Made by a program: the position numbers and the translations under genes | Virus record (IMG/VR): IMGVR_UViG_3300025030_000086 | Coordinates: 1 to 64,000 of that record | DNA length: 64,000 nt | Strand: one strand, 5' to 3' | From: a virus | The notes under the pieces: model-generated | What the model was told of the DNA's origin: nothing | The model's database searches: none | The model's input: only the letters and a program-made list of their open reading frames with translations | Part shown: positions 60,619 through 64,000 of the stretch, one piece after another | Numbering within the stretch: position 1 is the first letter of the stretch | How the letters are laid out: every line of letters begins with the position of its first letter

Positions 60619-63054
60619 TCAAATATCAAAAATTTCCTTTATTGAAAAAATGTCAAACCAATTATTCCCAATACTTCCTTCTACTACTAAAGGCACATCA
60701 ATCATAAAATCATATTGTTTCATTTCCATTATTCCTTGAATTTCCTCAATAGCATCTTTGGCATCTTGCTCTTTTACACACATGATCAATTCATCATGGC
60801 AGTTTAAATAGATCCAATAACCTCTTCTTGATATTTTATTCATTACTTTACTTACAATAGAAGAGGCTCCTCCCTGAACAGGTGTATTTAGAATTTCATT
60901 AGTTGTTAATGGGGCATATCTTCTACGCCCAGGGGGGATCTCAACATATCTCTTTTTTTCATAAATTTTAAGTATTCCTTGTTGCCACTCCAAAATCTCT
61001 GGAAAATCAAACCAAAGTTTCTCAAGCAACATCTCTGCTTTTGATTCTGAAATACCTAATCTTTTAGCCGTAGATTTTGGTTTAGACCCATAAAATGAGG
61101 GAAACACAAATTCGTTTTTAGCTCTGTATCTCATCATTTTAACAGATTTTTGTGTAGCATTTTTAATAACTTCTTCACCCCAAATCTCTACAGCCTTAGC
61201 CATATGAATATCATATCCTGAAATGATGGCGTCTATTAATTTTCTACAATTACTTAGAGCAGCTAAAACCCTTGCTTCTAATTGAGCATAATCAAATATA
61301 ATTAATACATATCCGTCAGGAGCCACAATTATTTGTCTAATTTCGGGATGTTTCCTCTTATCCAAATTTTGTAAATTTATATCTGAACTTCCTAAGCGTC
61401 CAGTTTCTATTGGATAAAAATTTGTATGATATTTCCCATCTGGGAATATACAATCCTTATACCCCTTTAATATCTTACCTTCTATACCTGAGTATTCCCT
61501 AAATTTTAATAATAATTCACAAAATCTGCTCTGTCCTACATAAGTTGCCAAAACTTCTTTATCAACCGCTGGTTTACCAGCTTTTTTGGTCTTTTTGAAA
61601 GATTCTAAATTTTCTATTTGAAATAATATTATAGGAATATCTTTACTATTAGATTTCAAAGCTGGCATTTTGCCATATTTGCTTTTAAATGTTGTTATAC
61701 TATCTAAATTAAATAATTCTTTTTCTATATTCTCTCTTTCAATCACATAATCTTTTAATAATTTATCTCTACTCTCCTCATTTGTACAAGCACCATCGTA
61801 TTGAATCTGTGCTATAGTTATTGCAGTTTCTAATTGCTCTCTATAACAATTATTTAATTTTTCATCCTTATCTAATAATTTTTCCTGCTTTTTAAAAATT
61901 CTGTATTCCCAAATAGAATCTTTAGCATTATAATCAAGTAACTCTTCAATTGGTAATTGTGTCAAATCCTCCATTATAGAATTTGGATAAGTTTTCCAAC
62001 TAACACCATAATTCACAAATGCTAAAAAATCTAAACTGCGTGTTCCATTACGACAATCCAATATATATTTCTGTAGCATTGAATCTTCAATATTAGTTAT
62101 ATCAATATTTAAAATAGCTTTGACCCATTCCATTTCAAATACAGAATTATGTATACCTTTTCTACTTCTTGGATTTGTTAATAGGTCTGAAAATCTACTC
62201 TTTATCTGTTTTTCCTGTTCATCTGTCCAATATTTTTTCTTATCTATAAATGTATGATAACTTATAGGAAAGGCATAAACTGTTTCACCATCAAAGGTAA
62301 TGGCACTTGTTAATATTTTAGATTTTTCAAAATATGGTTTTAATCCAAGAGTTTCTATATCAAATACAAAAAAATCCTTATTATCAGCCATATCAAAAAA
62401 GCTTGTAACTGCTTGATATGTAAGCAATTTGATAATTTTAAAAGGTTTTGGTTGTGGAAGAGGGACAGTAATTAAATCTTTAACAATTGATAAATCTTCT
62501 CTTAATACTTTTAAAGAATCGGTGTAATTTGTACCTTTAGTCCATTGTATTTTGTTATCTGAAACTCCATCTTTCAAGATTTTAGACATTGGAAATACTG
62601 GAACTACCCAGCAATTCAAATCATGTAATGGTACAATATTGCCTCTCCATCCATGAATCCCAGGCTCAGATCTATTAAGTAAAGATTTAATAGCAGCATT
62701 GCCCATTGCTATTATTACTTTAGGTTTTGCTTTTTTAATATCGGCAAATACTTTTGGTCTACAAGCATTTATCTGAATATCCGTTGCTCCATCTTTATCC
62801 GCTTTGCAAGAAACCGCATTATTATATCTTACTTTTTCAGGATTGATTTTTAAATGTTCTAAAATTGTATTAAGGACTTCACCGGATTCCCCCTTAAAAG
62901 GTTTCCCCATTAAATCATCTCTTTCAGAAGGCCATTCACCAAGTATATATATATCAACATTCTCAGGCCCAATGGGGGTCATTTCGGGGGATTTGCACTT
63001 TTTGGACAAGTCACAATTGGAGCAAAAAGGAGATTTTAATTCGTCAAATGCCAT
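60619..63054 (-). CDS. polA: Family A DNA polymerase with N-terminal uracil-DNA-glycosylase-like and 3'-5' exonuclease domains
   Basis: GEWP..PF.GESG (UDG), FDIET, YNAKD, TGRL, DYAQLE, R..AK...YG, HDEL. Confidence 0.92.
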   Translation of the reverse strand: MAFDELKSPFCSNCDLSKKCKSPEMTPIGPENVDIYILGEWPSERDDLMGKPFKGESGEVLNTILEHLKINPEKVRYNNAVSCKADKDGATDIQINACRPKVFADIKKAKPKVIIAMGNAAIKSLLNRSEPGIHGWRGNIVPLHDLNCWVVPVFPMSKILKDGVSDNKIQWTKGTNYTDSLKVLREDLSIVKDLITVPLPQPKPFKIIKLLTYQAVTSFFDMADNKDFFVFDIETLGLKPYFEKSKILTSAITFDGETVYAFPISYHTFIDKKKYWTDEQEKQIKSRFSDLLTNPRSRKGIHNSVFEMEWVKAILNIDITNIEDSMLQKYILDCRNGTRSLDFLAFVNYGVSWKTYPNSIMEDLTQLPIEELLDYNAKDSIWEYRIFKKQEKLLDKDEKLNNCYREQLETAITIAQIQYDGACTNEESRDKLLKDYVIERENIEKELFNLDSITTFKSKYGKMPALKSNSKDIPIILFQIENLESFKKTKKAGKPAVDKEVLATYVGQSRFCELLLKFREYSGIEGKILKGYKDCIFPDGKYHTNFYPIETGRLGSSDINLQNLDKRKHPEIRQIIVAPDGYVLIIFDYAQLEARVLAALSNCRKLIDAIISGYDIHMAKAVEIWGEEVIKNATQKSVKMMRYRAKNEFVFPSFYGSKPKSTAKRLGISESKAEMLLEKLWFDFPEILEWQQGILKIYEKKRYVEIPPGRRRYAPLTTNEILNTPVQGGASSIVSKVMNKISRRGYWIYLNCHDELIMCVKEQDAKDAIEEIQGIMEMKQYDFMIDVPLVVEGSIGNNWFDIFSIKEIFDI

Positions 63055-63055
63055 A

Positions 63056-64000
63056 TTAGTCTATTAAAGTTGAAAGGATTGTTATTGTTTCTGACCGTCC
63101 CTGGATTGCTTTAATTTCATTCTCCTTATTCAATACTGAAAAAGTATCTAATGTAAGAATTTTCTTTAAATAATCAGTTGTGATTCTGAAATTTATTTCT
63201 TCTGCTTTATTAGGAATCTCTATATCAAAGGTTTCACTAATATTTGGTGTGTGCATGGTTATAGCATTATCTTTTATAGTAACATTCATTACTTCATCAA
63301 AAAGACTAATTCTATCAACTACTTGTCTGATTTCTTCTGTTGGATTAATTTCAAAAGCAGGACTGTACTTTTTCATCAAATTCTCAAAATCTGGACATTC
63401 TTGTTGCTCATAGTTTGCAACATATAGTATTGTATTATCTCCTATAGCCTTAAATCCACAGGAGTAAACTTCCAATGTTTTGAATATACCTTTAAATTTT
63501 AATAATAGTTTTACAAAATTAGATGGTATAAATATAGAATTTTCATAATCTATACCTGTTTCATCTACAAAAACTATTTCTCTATTACTACTATATATTT
63601 TCTTATTTTTTAAGTATACGCCACAAAAAGCTGTATCATTTTTGGATGAAAATTGTAATGCCTCATTTAATGCATTCATAAAATTCAAAGATACATTTAT
63701 TCTACATAAAAAGTCTTTCGCAGAATATTTCAAAGATGGTGAATCTGGAAAATCATTTAAAGATTCTGTTGGAATAACAAATTTATTCTTTTTACCATAA
63801 TTTATAGTAAGTGTATTTTCATTTGTTGTAAATGTTAAATCTGTTTCCTTATTCATAGATGATAAAAATTTTGACATCTTTTCCGTCAATACACATCCAT
63901 TAAAAGGTAGTTTATTATCCAGACACATCTCTAAGTAAACTTCCATATTTGTCGCTTTTATTATATTATCTTTTACATAAGTGTACTCTGTTATTGGAGA
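63056..64000 (-). CDS. Beta sliding-clamp-like protein (5' end outside window)
   Basis: Frame open to window end (…IIKATNMEV, cf. ATDLE), DFP, PDFE; adjacent to polymerase and near clamp loader. Confidence 0.6.
   Translation of the reverse strand, partial: SPITEYTYVKDNIIKATNMEVYLEMCLDNKLPFNGCVLTEKMSKFLSSMNKETDLTFTTNENTLTINYGKKNKFVIPTESLNDFPDSPSLKYSAKDFLCRINVSLNFMNALNEALQFSSKNDTAFCGVYLKNKKIYSSNREIVFVDETGIDYENSIFIPSNFVKLLLKFKGIFKTLEVYSCGFKAIGDNTILYVANYEQQECPDFENLMKKYSPAFEINPTEEIRQVVDRISLFDEVMNVTIKDNAITMHTPNISETFDIEIPNKAEEINFRITTDYLKKILTLDTFSVLNKENEIKAIQGRSETITILSTLID

Noticed and set aside
11791-63054. Inteins, reverse transcriptase or diversity-generating retroelement
   Set aside because: TerL, helicase, RecA and PolA have normal lengths; no RT motif or TR/VR pair seen

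Overview
AT-rich segment of a large tailed dsDNA bacteriophage genome (host not identifiable). 1-11 kb (minus strand): Mu-like head module with a scaffold-like protein, virion paralogs, GH108 lysozyme, ChaB-fused Mu-I-type protease, Com-like Zn finger, MuF-like protein and DUF935 portal, then a structured intergenic region, a DUF559 nuclease and tRNA-Gln. 11-30 kb (plus): terminase, nucleotide-metabolism/DNA-modification genes (HAD nucleotidase, DUF5664, phosphoesterase, N4/N6 methyltransferase, radical SAM, ThyX), a non-canonical tRNA-Gly-like RNA, an RNA ligase and many small ORFs. 30-35 kb: probable genome-end/pre-early block bounded by non-coding DNA, with IHF-like sites, three sigma28-like promoters and a tandem-repeat cluster. 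35-48 kb (plus): sigma70-driven early genes (degenerate ComM/YifB-like protein, SNF2 helicase, DUF932, tyrosine recombinase). 48-64 kb (minus): replication/recombination genes (split SbcC, SbcD, resolvase, RecA, SSB, UvsY-like, clamp loader, UDG-PolA, beta-clamp-like). Most notable: an expanded family of ORF-only HNH elements sitting at gene junctions, the tRNA-Gly-like RNA beside modification genes, sigma28-type early promoters, a polar AGCTACCTA motif and a ComM-like protein lacking its ATPase core. All family calls come from motif recognition by eye; no database searches were run.
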